Positions 31,473-42,711 are shown, counted from the first letter of the stretch. The stretch is DNA of 64,000 nucleotides from Spirochaetia bacterium (GCA_965140585.1 OZ223267.1:448001-512000), one strand, 5' to 3'. The notes: generated by a model not told the origin, from the letters alone. A program made the numbers and translations.

Positions 31473-32342
31473 ATGGAAAGAATTGTAAAATGCGGACATA
31501 TTCAGGCCTCAAATGCTCTTGATACAGGCAGTGTCGCCGAAATCAAGGAAGCTATGATTGCTAAACACATTCCATTAATTGAACAGGCCGGTAAGCAGGG
31601 GGTGCAGATTCTCTGTCTGCAGGAGATTTTCTGGGGACCATATTTCTGTGCTGAGCAGGATATCAAGTGGTATGCTACTGCAGAGACTGTTCCCGGACCT
31701 ACTACTGAGAGACTTGCGGAGTATGCTAAAAAATATAAAATGGTCCTGATTCTACCGGTATATGAAAAGACTCTTGAAGGAGTTTATTATAATACAGCGG
31801 CTGTCATTGATGCAGATGGAAAGTTTCTGGGTAAATTCCAGAAGATTCATATTCCGCATACATGGCCCGGATTCTGGGAGAAATTTTATTTTAAACCGGG
31901 AAATGCAGGTTTTCCTGTTTTTGAGACAGCTTATGCTAAGATTGGAATCTTTATCTGTTATGACAGGCATTTCCCTGAATGTGCCAGAATTCTTGCACTG
32001 AACGGCGCAGAGATCCTGTTTAACCCGTCAGCTACTGTAAGCGGTAAGTCCCAGTACCTCTGGGAGCTTGAGCAGCCGGCTCAGGCTGTTGCTAATGGCG
32101 TCTTTATAGGTGCCAATAACCGCGTAGGCGTTGAAAAGCCTTGGGAAATTGGAAAATTCTACGGTTCAAGCTATTTTGTAGATCCCAGAGGAAAACTTCT
32201 AGTTAAAGGCAGTGAAGATAGTGATGAACTGGTCACTGCAGATCTTGATCTGGAGCAGATCCGTGAGGTTCGCGACGGCTGGCAGTTTTTTAGAGACCGC
32301 AGGCCGGAGACCTACTACGATATATGTGATTTTCTTCCCTGA
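31473..32342 (+). CDS. Nitrilase-superfamily carbamoylase (beta-ureidopropionase-like)
   Basis: LQE, YYNTA, KIHIP, FWEKFYF.PG, ICYDRHFPE (Glu-Lys-Cys triad). Confidence 0.85.
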   Translation: MERIVKCGHIQASNALDTGSVAEIKEAMIAKHIPLIEQAGKQGVQILCLQEIFWGPYFCAEQDIKWYATAETVPGPTTERLAEYAKKYKMVLILPVYEKTLEGVYYNTAAVIDADGKFLGKFQKIHIPHTWPGFWEKFYFKPGNAGFPVFETAYAKIGIFICYDRHFPECARILALNGAEILFNPSATVSGKSQYLWELEQPAQAVANGVFIGANNRVGVEKPWEIGKFYGSSYFVDPRGKLLVKGSEDSDELVTADLDLEQIREVRDGWQFFRDRRPETYYDICDFLP

Positions 32343-32347
32343 GGCAA

Positions 32348-33604
32348 CTATTCATACCTCAGGGCTTCATGCGGGATAAGTTTGGCCGCTCTTGCCGCAG
32401 GATAAAACCCCGACAGCAGGCCGGTAATTATTGAAAGCATTACTGCTGTCACAGCAGTTACCGGATTAATTATTACCGGCCAGGTGGCTGCTTTTCCTAT
32501 GATTACAGAGGCCAGTGCTGCCATGCCAAGTCCGCCGAGGCCTCCGCCGCCGCAAAGAATCAGTGTTTCAATCAGAAACTGTAATCTGATATCAGCCTGT
32601 CTTGCTCCCAGTGCCTTTCTGATTCCAATTTCACGGGTTCTTTCTTTTACTGAAACCAACATAATATTCATAATTCCGATAGCTGCTACAAGAAGTGCTA
32701 TTCCTGCAAGGACCGCCACGCCTGTTGTTATTGCAGATATTACGTTATTTATCATTTCAAGCTGCTCTTTCATTGAGGTTACTGCAAATTTATCAAAACG
32801 GCTTTCCCATTTTCCATGATTTTTTGCAAGTACACGTAAAATTTCTTTTCTTGCTTCCGGAATGTCTTCTATTGAAGTAGCTTTTGCCATTACATTCCAG
32901 TATTTTCCATCTCCTCCGAAGACTCTTTTAAACAGTGAGACCGGAACTACAAGGGCATTATTGAAGGTTTGATCAGGATCCGAAAGCGACATTGTTCCGG
33001 TTTTCTCTTTTTTGGCTAAGACTCCTACTATTTTGAGAGGTGTCCCCAGGGCATATATATATTCACCGATAGGGTCTATCCCATGAAAGAATTCTTCCTT
33101 TATTGAGTATCCTATCATTACAACCTTTGCCTGGTATTTAACCTCATCATCAGTGATGACACGGCCAGAATGAAGGCTGAAATCTACATATTCAATATAG
33201 GCATCTGTTGTGCCTGTCACAGTAAGCTGTTTGACAATATCATTCACCTTTATCACAGACCGAACCTGCTGAAGCGGTGCTATTGCCGTTACATGTTCTG
33301 CATACTTTTCAAGATCTTCTATGTCCCTGGCAGTTAAAGCTTCAGTTTTAAATGATCTGTTGAAGCTGTAGGTCTGCCAGTTTACACCGACAGACAGGGC
33401 TGTAGGTGTAAGACCTTCAAACTCGTTCATTACAATGCTTCTTCCTCCCGCACCTGCTGCAAGAACTGTCACAACAGAAGCTATTCCTATTATTATTCCA
33501 AGCAGGGTGAGGAAAGAACGGGATTTATTTGATACTACAGCTGAGAAGGCTTCGTATAAAATTTCTTTGAAAGCCGCTTTATTATTAACTTTTTTTATTT
33601 TCAT
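32348..33604 (-). CDS. MacB/YknZ-type ABC permease
   Basis: [42 protein letters not shown]. Confidence 0.9.
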   Translation of the reverse strand: MKIKKVNNKAAFKEILYEAFSAVVSNKSRSFLTLLGIIIGIASVVTVLAAGAGGRSIVMNEFEGLTPTALSVGVNWQTYSFNRSFKTEALTARDIEDLEKYAEHVTAIAPLQQVRSVIKVNDIVKQLTVTGTTDAYIEYVDFSLHSGRVITDDEVKYQAKVVMIGYSIKEEFFHGIDPIGEYIYALGTPLKIVGVLAKKEKTGTMSLSDPDQTFNNALVVPVSLFKRVFGGDGKYWNVMAKATSIEDIPEARKEILRVLAKNHGKWESRFDKFAVTSMKEQLEMINNVISAITTGVAVLAGIALLVAAIGIMNIMLVSVKERTREIGIRKALGARQADIRLQFLIETLILCGGGGLGGLGMAALASVIIGKAATWPVIINPVTAVTAVMLSIITGLLSGFYPAARAAKLIPHEALRYE

Positions 33605-33605
33605 A

Positions 33606-34820
33606 TCAGTACTCCGACCTCAGTGCCTCAACCGGCATCAGCCTGGAAGCCTTCCATGCAGGATATATTCCGAAGATTATTCCGATAATACTCGAAATAC
33701 CCAAGGCTCCGGCAACCATAACAGCGGGTAAGGCGAATTTCCATTCGAGAATTGAGCAGGCGATTGCAGAAAGACTGATGCCGAAGATAACACCGGTTCC
33801 TCCGCCGATAAGACAGAGTACAATGGCCTCAATAATGAACTGAATGATGATATCAGTTCTGGTTGCTCCGACGGCCATTCTTATACCTATTTCTCTGGTG
33901 CGTTCAGTAACAGCTACCAGCATTATATTCATTATTCCCAGACCGCCGACTACCAGCGATATTGATGCAATGACGAGAATAAGTGTAGAAATGATATTGA
34001 GAATGTTATCAGCCATATCCACATAGCTGTCTAGCCTCTCTATTCGAAACCTCGGATTGCCGCGGAGATCTCCGTACTTTTTATCGAGATAGTTTGAAAT
34101 CCTTTGTTCGGCAATGTTAACATCATCGATAGTTTTGAATTTCAACAGGTATACCCAGTATTTTATATTGATTCCTCCCCATATTTTCGAAGAGATGAAG
34201 TTTTCCGGTACGAATATAGTATTGTCATCAGACCCGTCACTTAAAAAATTATTGTTAACTCTTTCTGTGATTCCGATAACTGTGTAATTTCGATTTCCGA
34301 TTCTGACCTGCTTTCCAAGCGGAGGTTCGGAGTTGAAGAGTTTTGCTGCTATGTCCGGACGAAGAATGCAGACCGGCCGTCTAAGTTCAAGATCCTGCTG
34401 AATAAAAAGTCTTCCCTCAGAGATTTTAATATCGAAGATATCGAAGTATCCCGGTGATGAACCGTAGACCATGGTTGTGTAGGTTTCTCCCCGGTATGAA
34501 GCCGTATACCTTTGGTCAAAAATAGACCCGGAATTCTCTAAACCTGGAAGTGCCTGCAGGAAATAATTGATATCTTTGCGGTCAAGCAGGACTCTTCTTT
34601 CACTGTTTGCATATGACCTGGAATCGGGCTGAACCCAGAGCATCGTTGAACCGTAGCGTCCAATCTCATTTTCTATTGAATTCCGGAATGCAAGACCAAC
34701 TACTGATATTGCAATGAGACAGCCGACTCCAAAATTAATTCCTAGAATTGTGAGAAATGATCTAACTTTATTGCCGCCGATTACCCCAAGTGACTCACGC
34801 AGCCCTTCGGTAAATTTCAT
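33606..34820 (-). CDS. MacB/YknZ-type ABC permease (second)
   Basis: [33 protein letters not shown]. Confidence 0.9.
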   Translation of the reverse strand: MKFTEGLRESLGVIGGNKVRSFLTILGINFGVGCLIAISVVGLAFRNSIENEIGRYGSTMLWVQPDSRSYANSERRVLLDRKDINYFLQALPGLENSGSIFDQRYTASYRGETYTTMVYGSSPGYFDIFDIKISEGRLFIQQDLELRRPVCILRPDIAAKLFNSEPPLGKQVRIGNRNYTVIGITERVNNNFLSDGSDDNTIFVPENFISSKIWGGINIKYWVYLLKFKTIDDVNIAEQRISNYLDKKYGDLRGNPRFRIERLDSYVDMADNILNIISTLILVIASISLVVGGLGIMNIMLVAVTERTREIGIRMAVGATRTDIIIQFIIEAIVLCLIGGGTGVIFGISLSAIACSILEWKFALPAVMVAGALGISSIIGIIFGIYPAWKASRLMPVEALRSEY

Positions 34821-35599
34821 GATTCACGGCTCCGGGAATGATTGTCGATAACATGGCTCAGTACGGAGTTGTCTGTGTCAGGCATGCTGTTCAGACTGGC
34901 TAAAGCATTGCTTGGATTCTTTATCGCTTCATCCGCCTGTATACTTCCGTCGCTTAGTCTGATTATTCTATCGCCGTGCATTGCAATATCCATTTCATGG
35001 GTAACCATCACAATTGTTGCGCCCTCGGAATGAAGATTCTGAAACAGAGCCATAATTGATAATCCTGTTTTTGAGTCGAGATTTCCGGTGGGTTCATCGG
35101 CAAATATTATGTCCGGGCTGTTGACAAGAGCCCTGGCTATTGCAACCCGCTGTCTTTGACCGCCTGAAAGTTCATTTGGTTTATGCGATGCACGATCTGA
35201 AAGCCCGACGCGTTCCAGAGCTTCATCAGCCTTTGCTTTCCGTTCTGCCGCAGAGTAGCCGGAATATATCAGGGGAAGTTCAACATTTCTTCTTGCGGAT
35301 ATTCTTGGCAGCAGATTAAATGTCTGGAATACAAACCCGATTCTGCGGTTCCTGACTTCTGCTAGTTCATTGTCGCTTAGTTTTGAAACATTGCTGCCGT
35401 TAAGAAAATAGTCGCCGGAATTCGGCCGATCAAGGCAGCCTATAATATTCATAAGAGTGGATTTACCTGAACCGGATGCTCCCATTATGCATACGAACTC
35501 ATGCTCATTAATTGTGAGATTTATGTCTTTCAGGGCATGAACGCTCATCATTCCCATAGAATAGGTTTTTTCGATACTTTCAAGTTTTATAATTTCCAA
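34817..35599 (-). CDS. ABC ATP-binding protein (MacB/LolD type)
   Basis: [25 protein letters not shown]. Confidence 0.93.
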   Translation of the reverse strand: MEIIKLESIEKTYSMGMMSVHALKDINLTINEHEFVCIMGASGSGKSTLMNIIGCLDRPNSGDYFLNGSNVSKLSDNELAEVRNRRIGFVFQTFNLLPRISARRNVELPLIYSGYSAAERKAKADEALERVGLSDRASHKPNELSGGQRQRVAIARALVNSPDIIFADEPTGNLDSKTGLSIMALFQNLHSEGATIVMVTHEMDIAMHGDRIIRLSDGSIQADEAIKNPSNALASLNSMPDTDNSVLSHVIDNHSRSRES

Positions 35600-35602
35600 T
35601 TT

Positions 35603-36880
35603 CTAAACTCCGTCTTTTTTCTCCGCTGCAGCCTGCTTAACTTCCATATCCAGATAGTTCACTGCATCGGCTCCGCTGATTATGATATCTCCGCTGTTTA
35701 GTCCTGAAATTATTTCAACTGTTTCTATATCAAGAATACCTGTTGTTACTTCTCTTTTTTCTACCTTATACACAGCAGAACCTTCATATTCTGCAACGAG
35801 GAGGGCTGCATAACTCTTTCCTTCATCCATAAAAAAGGCGTCAATTGGAATTGAAACTGCATTATCCTTTTTTTCTACTGTAATAAAAATAGAGGCACTT
35901 GCACCTATTCTTGCAATATTATCCGGGTTTTCAAGAAGTTCGACTTCAACCTCACAGACTCTGGTGTTATCAATATTTTTTATAATAGGAGCAATACGGC
36001 TTACACGTCCTTTTATTTCACTTCCAATGAAGGAATCTGAGGTGACAGTCACTTCCTGACCGGTTCTGATGTAAGAAAGATCTACTTCATCTACCAGTGC
36101 TTTTACTACAAGGAGGTTGAGATCATGAATAACTGCGAACACAGAACCGGGTTCAACAACACTGCTGTCCTCAACCGCAAGCGTGGTGATCGTTCCGTCA
36201 ATTTCAGCCTTTATTCGGTAATATTTAAGATTTTCGCTGATGTTCTGATAATCTATAGTTGCCTTTCGAACCTCGGGCGAATCATTCACTATTGCCTCAT
36301 CACTTCTGAAATAGTTTTCCCTCATATCCGCAAGAGGTCTGCCTTCCCGAAAATTGACGCGCTGTCTGGCAGAATCAAGAGCCTGTTCGGCAACAAAGAG
36401 TTTTTCTTCGGCCATACGGAAAGCCTCATCACTGATTGAACCTATTTTATGCAGCTCTGAAGATCTATCATAATCACGCTTTGCCTGATCCCTCCCTGTT
36501 AATGCTGAAGAGTAGGATGAGCGCAGTGAAAGCAGTTCACCCCTGACAGACATCCTTGCATTTGCAAGAGTATTTTCAGAAATTACCAGATTATTCTCAA
36601 GGCTTTCCCGGTCCAGACTTAGTAGAATATCTTCAGCCTGAATATGGTCGCCTTCTTCAAAATAAACCTTTTCAACTGCTGCGGTAACAGCTGAAAACAG
36701 CTGTTTATGATGTTTTGATGAGATTTCTCCATTAGCTGTTACTTCTCTGAGAAAATCTGCAGTTTCCACCACAGCAGTATGTACCTCTGGAAGCCTTGCA
36801 CTGTTTTTCTTAATTATGCTTAGAGTTATTGTTGCAGCAAGAATAACTGATGCCGCAATTATTATGATCTTTTTTTTCAT
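35603..36880 (-). CDS. Periplasmic adaptor (MFP/HlyD, YknX-like)
   Basis: N-terminal TM, V.FEEGD, helical hairpin, VDEVDL...GQ.V, EIISGL..GD. Confidence 0.88.
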   Translation of the reverse strand: MKKKIIIIAASVILAATITLSIIKKNSARLPEVHTAVVETADFLREVTANGEISSKHHKQLFSAVTAAVEKVYFEEGDHIQAEDILLSLDRESLENNLVISENTLANARMSVRGELLSLRSSYSSALTGRDQAKRDYDRSSELHKIGSISDEAFRMAEEKLFVAEQALDSARQRVNFREGRPLADMRENYFRSDEAIVNDSPEVRKATIDYQNISENLKYYRIKAEIDGTITTLAVEDSSVVEPGSVFAVIHDLNLLVVKALVDEVDLSYIRTGQEVTVTSDSFIGSEIKGRVSRIAPIIKNIDNTRVCEVEVELLENPDNIARIGASASIFITVEKKDNAVSIPIDAFFMDEGKSYAALLVAEYEGSAVYKVEKREVTTGILDIETVEIISGLNSGDIIISGADAVNYLDMEVKQAAAEKKDGV

Positions 36881-38364
36881 TAGTTTTTCTCCATCTCAGG
36901 TGCCAGCATTTGAAGCAGATCAAGACCTGATATTTTATAAAGTTCCAGCACTGTCCTGATAATCTCAGCACGGTTGCTGAATACTGAAAGCTTCGCGTTC
37001 TCAAGGTTTATCTGAGTTTCAAACAATTCTTTTCTTGTGGCGGTGCCCAGACTGAATTCAGCCTCAGTTTTTTCAAGTTCAAACTCAGCTGTTTCCACCT
37101 GCAGAATATAAATTTCGTCAAGTCTTGTATTTACTCTGATACTGTCGGTAAGAGACTGAAATTCGGCTATAGTTGTTTTAATTTGTTCATCGAGCAGATA
37201 TCCGGCCCTTTCGGCTTCAGATTCTGCAGCTTTTTGCCCAGTGCTGTTCCATTTCCGGATTGGAGGAGCGGACATGGAAAGTGTGAAACTCAGAGTATCT
37301 GCAGCATAGTCATTGTCTATGCCGCTATCTAATGAGTATTCCGCAGAAGCATTCAAATTGAAATGTCTGTCTTTTTTTTCTACAACAGTATTGGATTCTG
37401 CGGATGAAAAGGTAAGTCTTGCGATTCGGATATCCGGTGATGATTCATGCAGATTCTTCTCAAGCCCGTTAAGTTCAGAATCGTTTATTTCAAGCAGATT
37501 GATTTTTTCGAGAACCTTGTCTGATGCATCAATGCCGTAGAGGTTTAAAATCTGCTGCCTGATAAGATTCAGACTCCGTTCAGCCTTAAGCAGGTCTGTT
37601 TCGGACTGGAGCATCGCGGCTTTTGCAGAGTTAAGTTGAGATTTGGTCCAATAGCCGAGTTCAAACTCTCTTTCAATTTTTCGGTACTCCTCTCTGTATC
37701 CTTCAAGTCTGCTTTTTATAAGTGTAACCTGGTAAGCGGTAATAGACTGATTCAGATAGTCGTTAGCCGCTTTGATGACAAGCAGATTCCGGTTATTGAG
37801 GTATCCGGCTTCAGATATCTTAAGACTGTTGGAAACGATTGTTTCTGATGCCTTATAGATATTATCTGTTGTCAGCGGCTGGGCGAAACTAAGACCCAAA
37901 TCAAGAGAGTTTATATATTCACCTTCTGATTGAGGGTAGGATGGATAGCTTGATTCTTCAATGCCGCTGTATGATAGAGAATCTGAAACAGAGCCGCTGA
38001 TTGTTCCCGAGCTGGGCAGAAGCTGAGAGAAGCTGAGACTTGGGCCTGCATAATAAGAATAATTATTTTTGATTTCTATGCCTTCCGCATAGCGGGTGTT
38101 AAAGTTGTCGCTTCCACCACCTGTCAGATTTAGATTCAGCTGCGGATAGACAGAAGATTTTGAGTTCTTGTATTCAAAATCAGATCGGTTTAAATATTCC
38201 TGATTAGCAGCATACGCCGGATGATTTTTAACCATAGCGTCCAGAAATGAAGAAAATCCGGATATGCTTTCTGATATATCAGACTGATTCCGGAAGTCTC
38301 CGGTGTCTGAAAATACCGGTAGCGTAACAATAAATAACGATAGAAGAAATAGTAATTTTTTCAT
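36880..38364 (-). CDS. TolC-family outer membrane factor
   Basis: Signal peptide, YPQLNL, repeated helical units; position in efflux operon. Confidence 0.75.
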   Translation of the reverse strand: MKKLLFLLSLFIVTLPVFSDTGDFRNQSDISESISGFSSFLDAMVKNHPAYAANQEYLNRSDFEYKNSKSSVYPQLNLNLTGGGSDNFNTRYAEGIEIKNNYSYYAGPSLSFSQLLPSSGTISGSVSDSLSYSGIEESSYPSYPQSEGEYINSLDLGLSFAQPLTTDNIYKASETIVSNSLKISEAGYLNNRNLLVIKAANDYLNQSITAYQVTLIKSRLEGYREEYRKIEREFELGYWTKSQLNSAKAAMLQSETDLLKAERSLNLIRQQILNLYGIDASDKVLEKINLLEINDSELNGLEKNLHESSPDIRIARLTFSSAESNTVVEKKDRHFNLNASAEYSLDSGIDNDYAADTLSFTLSMSAPPIRKWNSTGQKAAESEAERAGYLLDEQIKTTIAEFQSLTDSIRVNTRLDEIYILQVETAEFELEKTEAEFSLGTATRKELFETQINLENAKLSVFSNRAEIIRTVLELYKISGLDLLQMLAPEMEKN

Positions 38365-38374
38365 TGTTTACCTT

Positions 38375-39136
38375 TTAAAACAGACTTGTCAAAACCAGCC
38401 CAACAGCAATCAGCAGAACAGCCATTACTATGGTGAGAGGCAGGGCTTTACGCTGTTCAATCCCGCAGGAATATCTTAATCCTGCATAAACAAACCCGTA
38501 GTAAAGCCAGTTGAAAATATCGGTCAGGGTATCAACAAGATATATCAGTGCTGTTCCTGTTTTTCCGGGAGTTAATAGCACTGCAAGGCTTATCTGTGAG
38601 CTTAAAGCATATTGAAGATCGGCAGTTGTCATTACACCGGCAAGAACCCTTTCATAGTCAGTTACCAATGTGATGATATTTTTAATCAGCATCTGGGCAA
38701 TGCTTATCACTGATACGAAGACTATGATTTTAAATAGATGTCCGAATTTTGTTTTTTCTCTGAAGATAAGTGTAAGGATTTTTAAAAGAACCACTGTCAA
38801 CAGTATGGTTAGCAGGTACCCGATTGAACCTCCAACCGTTGTTGATATCAGGCTTATAGTTTTAGTTGCGGAAGAGTTGAGGCTTTGGGTAACCTGTTCT
38901 TTCTGTGAGTCACTCATAACACCGCTGCGTTCCTCAAGAACCTTTAGCTGTACTCTTACCATGGCGTCTGAATAGGCTTTACTGCTTAGTATCGGTATAA
39001 GCAGGGTAGATGCGATAAGCGCAAAAATGATGACGATAAAAACCGGAAGAAGAATTTTGGTTTTATCATTAACTTTACTAAATCCTGACTCCGGAGATTT
39101 GAAGATACTGATCCAAAGAGAAATTGTGTTTTTCAT
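38375..39136 (-). CDS. Yip1-domain membrane protein (YknW-like)
   Basis: IFKSP..GF start, about 5 TM, DIFNWLYY; first gene of ABC operon. Confidence 0.7.
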   Translation of the reverse strand: MKNTISLWISIFKSPESGFSKVNDKTKILLPVFIVIIFALIASTLLIPILSSKAYSDAMVRVQLKVLEERSGVMSDSQKEQVTQSLNSSATKTISLISTTVGGSIGYLLTILLTVVLLKILTLIFREKTKFGHLFKIIVFVSVISIAQMLIKNIITLVTDYERVLAGVMTTADLQYALSSQISLAVLLTPGKTGTALIYLVDTLTDIFNWLYYGFVYAGLRYSCGIEQRKALPLTIVMAVLLIAVGLVLTSLF

Positions 39137-39204
39137 TTTTTACCTTCCTGAATATTTACTTTCAATTATTAAACACAGTATATCACAAAAAATATTCAAA
39201 AAAA

Positions 39205-39234
39205 ATTAGTGTACTAAGAAAATGGTACACTAAT
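39205..39234. promoter_or_regulatory. Operator-like inverted repeat ATTAGTGTAC-N10-GTACACTAAT
   Basis: Perfect 10-bp arms about 70 bp upstream of the Yip1/ABC operon. Confidence 0.65.
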
Positions 39235-39270
39235 AAGGTAAAGTGTATTTCTCTTTATGTCAACTGGAAT

Positions 39271-39618
39271 CTAAACAGTAATAATTTCATATCCCTTATT
39301 CAGGTAATCCATGATTGAAGGGTGGCCGTAAAGTGAAGATTCCATCTTATAACCGTGCTGTTTTGCGTATTCCAGTGTTCCCATCTTGTTTGCGCATGCC
39401 TGGCATACAGAGATTAGTTCTGAATTTTCTTTAAGCTTGCTGTAAATTTTAAGAAAAGGATTGCTGTCTGAATCCAGAGCAGGCAGCAGAGATGTTGAGC
39501 GTCCCTCGATAATAATCTTTACTTCATATCCTTCAGCAAGCATCTGTTCTGCGTTGAACAAGATATGGGCGAAACACATAAGCTCACCTGTAAATCCGAA
39601 AAATGCTATTTTTTTCAA
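39271..39618 (-). CDS. DsrE-family small protein
   Basis: MCFAHILFNA, IIIEGRS, VCQACA, GHPS; TTG start with GGAGG RBS. Confidence 0.75.
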   Translation of the reverse strand: MKKIAFFGFTGELMCFAHILFNAEQMLAEGYEVKIIIEGRSTSLLPALDSDSNPFLKIYSKLKENSELISVCQACANKMGTLEYAKQHGYKMESSLYGHPSIMDYLNKGYEIITV

Positions 39619-39747
39619 ATGAAACCTCCATAAAAGTTAAAAGAATACAATAAAAATTGAACTATCCGTTATTATAGCATAATTCTATTGAAATATAGAA
39701 TTCTGAGTTGTATAATAAAGCACCGTACAGACAAAGGGGATATCATA

Positions 39748-40212
39748 ATGAAGATTGACAAACTTGATACCGAGATTATCAAGCTTCTGCAGAAAGACGG
39801 CAGAATGAAAAGTAAAACCATGAGTAAGATTCTCGGTGTTTCTGAGACTACTATCCGTAACAGGCTTGGAAAACTTCTTGAAGAAGATGTAATTCAGATA
39901 GTTGCGGTAGCTGATCCTCATAAGATAGGTTATGAGATAGTAGGTAGTTTCAAACTGCAGGTTGATCCAATAAAAATTGAAAATGTAATAAGTGAGCTTG
40001 GGAAAATTGAAGAAATCTGGTATATCGCAAAAGCTACAGGCAGTGTAGATATTGTCACTGAATTTAATGTGAAATCTATGAATGCTCTCAACGACCTTAT
40101 TTACAACAGACTGGTTAAAATTGACGGAATAACAAAAACCGAAACATCTATAATTATGAATTATGAAAAACGTGATTATGCATGGGGTACCGGTATTTCT
40201 ATTCCTGAATAG
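39748..40212 (+). CDS. Lrp/AsnC transcriptional regulator
   Basis: LDTEIIKLLQKDGR, GVSETTIRNRL, ATGSVD, TETSI. Confidence 0.9.
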   Translation: MKIDKLDTEIIKLLQKDGRMKSKTMSKILGVSETTIRNRLGKLLEEDVIQIVAVADPHKIGYEIVGSFKLQVDPIKIENVISELGKIEEIWYIAKATGSVDIVTEFNVKSMNALNDLIYNRLVKIDGITKTETSIIMNYEKRDYAWGTGISIPE

Positions 40213-40234
40213 TCTGCATTCCGGTTAAACTGAA

Positions 40235-40284
40235 TATAAATTTAAAAAATGCGGCCTTGAACGGTCGCATTTTTTAAATTTATA
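40235..40284. terminator. 22-bp hairpin (bidirectional terminator-like)
   Basis: tataaatttaaaaaatgcggcc / ggtcgcattttttaaatttata, 21 of 22 pairs Watson-Crick. Confidence 0.65.
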
Positions 40285-40378
40285 CAATTTTACATATTTA
40301 ACATTTGTTTTACCTACCATTAACCGCATAAAATTATGCAGGTAATAAATTATATAAACCGATTTACAGGAGTATAAG

Positions 40379-41677
40379 ATGAAAAGAAGTCTTTTAACCG
40401 GACTCATTTTATTTTGTGTATTTTTTATTCAAACGGTCTCGGCTGAGGAGAGAACTATTTCAATAGAAGAGTCGCTGAACCTCGCGCTTGAGAACAATGC
40501 CGATTTGATTGATGCATCAATATCACTTGAAAGCTCAAAAAGAGCTGAAAGATACAGTTGGAATAATTACCTGCCTTCGCTTACTGCTTCACTAAGACTG
40601 GCCGGCAATGCGGTATCAGAGAGTTTTTCAACCACTTTAACTCCGGGTATATCATTAAACTATTCGCTGAACCCGGGAATTGCACAAATCATTTTGCAGC
40701 TGCAGCTTGCAGTTGAAAAAGAAGAGATAAGTTTTGAAAGTGCAAGACTCAACCTGATAATGAGTGTTGAAACAGAATTCTATTATCTATTGACAGCTGA
40801 GAGCAATCTTAAAATAGAAAAAAACAACATTGAACTGGCTAAAAAGCAGCTTGAACAGACAACTGCAAAGTACAACAGCGGAATGGCTTCTGAGCTTCAG
40901 GTTCTGCAGGCACGTGTTAATGTTGAAAACCTGAAGCCTTCATACAGTTCCCTTGTTTCAAGTTACAATAATCGTTTGAAGGAGTTTCTTCTTGTTCTGG
41001 GGCTTGATCCGCAGGAAGATGTAAAGCTTTCAGGAAGCCTTGAGTTTGAAGATATTGTACCGGATTCAGAAGTTCTTATCAGCGCATATCTAATGAACCG
41101 TACCGATATAAGGACTAATAAGAAAAATCTTGAGGTGCTGAACAGTAATTTAAAGCTTGCAAATGCGAACGGATTTTCTCCAACCTTTTCATTATCAGCT
41201 TCATGGAGTGATGCGGTTTCTGATCCATTTTCCGGTGATACATGGAGCAGCCGCAGTTACGGCGGAAGCACCTCTGTCAGTCTGGGCGTAAGCCTCGGAC
41301 TCGATGATTTTATCCCGGGATCATCAACTAAGATTGATATTGAAGAGCTTAAAGACTCAATAAGTCAGGCAGAACTTGCTTTGAACAGTCTTGTTCAGGA
41401 GGCCGAGCTTGAAGTTCTGAATCTTATTGATTCAATAAATACTGACAAGGAAAATGTCGAGTTGTCCAAACTGAACCTGGAGCTTGCACAGAAGTCATAT
41501 GATATGACCGCAAGAAGTTTCGAGCGTGGAACAACGGATCGTATTACTCTTGACGATTCACAGCAGGATCTGCTTACAGCACAGCAGAATCTTATTGAAA
41601 GCAGATATGAATATCTTGCAGATCTAATAAGTCTGAGCGGTGCGCTCGGTCTTGATTCTATAGAATATCTAAAATAA
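40379..41677 (+). CDS. TolC-family outer membrane factor
   Basis: Signal peptide; SIEESLNLALENN, YLPSL, Y.SG..SELQVLQA. Confidence 0.85.
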   Translation: MKRSLLTGLILFCVFFIQTVSAEERTISIEESLNLALENNADLIDASISLESSKRAERYSWNNYLPSLTASLRLAGNAVSESFSTTLTPGISLNYSLNPGIAQIILQLQLAVEKEEISFESARLNLIMSVETEFYYLLTAESNLKIEKNNIELAKKQLEQTTAKYNSGMASELQVLQARVNVENLKPSYSSLVSSYNNRLKEFLLVLGLDPQEDVKLSGSLEFEDIVPDSEVLISAYLMNRTDIRTNKKNLEVLNSNLKLANANGFSPTFSLSASWSDAVSDPFSGDTWSSRSYGGSTSVSLGVSLGLDDFIPGSSTKIDIEELKDSISQAELALNSLVQEAELEVLNLIDSINTDKENVELSKLNLELAQKSYDMTARSFERGTTDRITLDDSQQDLLTAQQNLIESRYEYLADLISLSGALGLDSIEYLK

Positions 41678-41703
41678 TCAGTTGAATGGATAAGGAGAAA
41701 ATT

Positions 41704-42711
41704 ATGGCAAAGAATGTTGCAGAGAGGATAATACAGATTGTTCTTCTGTTGATCATAGCCGCCGGATTCGGCGGAATCATATATACTTTAGGCGGTTCGG
41801 GAAGCAGTGCCGGCGGACCTCCGGGAAGAATGCCGGGGGCTTCAAGCGGTGCTCCTTCCGGAATGCCTGCCGCCTTCGGAAAAAGTTCTTCAAATACCAC
41901 CGCAACAACAGTTGCAGTCGAGGCTGAGATTTCCGAGCTTGGTGATGTTAACCAGTTCATACGTGTGAACGGTGATGTCGTCAGTGATGTCTCGGTTGAG
42001 ATTTATCCGGATGTTTCCGGTAAACTGATTGAGCGGAAAATACAGCTTGGCAGCTATGTCAAGAAGGGTGATGTCATAGCGGTTGTTGATCCGTCAACCC
42101 CTGGTGTAGTTTACAGTAAAAGCAGCGTTGTTTCCACAATCAGCGGTACTGTTACAGCGGTGAATGCCACGGTCGGTGATACTGTAAGTACAGGCAGTTC
42201 AATTGCTGAGGTCGGGGATCTTTCAAATCTGTCACTCGTAACCTATGTACCTGAAAGATATATCAGTTATCTTAAAACTGGTCTGACTGCAGAAGTAACA
42301 TTTGAAGCTTTCGAAGATCAGGTTTTTCAGGCTCGGGTCGTTCAGCTTAATCCTGTAGTTGATACAAGTTCACGTTCACTCGAAATTAAGCTTGAAATAC
42401 TTAACCCGGACTCAGGAATACGGGCCGGAATGTTTTCTTCAATGAAACTGATCACTAGGGAAAGTAAGAACTGTATTTCAGTTCTTAACACCGCCCTTTC
42501 TTCCTATTACGAAGATACAGTAGTCTTTGTGCTTAATGATGACGACACCGTTGAACGCAGAGTAGTAACGACAGGTCTTGTTTCCGATTCCAGAACTGAA
42601 ATTACCAGCGGACTTGAAGAAGGCGAAATTGTTATTACCCAGGGAACATCATCACTTACCGATGGAACAGCAGTAAGGGTTGTTAATGAGCTTGAAGGCC
42701 TGGAGGGCTAA
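41704..42711 (+). CDS. RND periplasmic adaptor subunit
   Basis: GSYVKKGD, STISGTV, VPERYI, PVVD..SRS, IRAGMF. Confidence 0.9.
   Translation: MAKNVAERIIQIVLLLIIAAGFGGIIYTLGGSGSSAGGPPGRMPGASSGAPSGMPAAFGKSSSNTTATTVAVEAEISELGDVNQFIRVNGDVVSDVSVEIYPDVSGKLIERKIQLGSYVKKGDVIAVVDPSTPGVVYSKSSVVSTISGTVTAVNATVGDTVSTGSSIAEVGDLSNLSLVTYVPERYISYLKTGLTAEVTFEAFEDQVFQARVVQLNPVVDTSSRSLEIKLEILNPDSGIRAGMFSSMKLITRESKNCISVLNTALSSYYEDTVVFVLNDDDTVERRVVTTGLVSDSRTEITSGLEEGEIVITQGTSSLTDGTAVRVVNELEGLEG

Noticed and set aside
41790-41910. Gly/Pro/Ser-rich low-complexity stretch
   Set aside because: Ordinary flexible linker after the MFP membrane anchor
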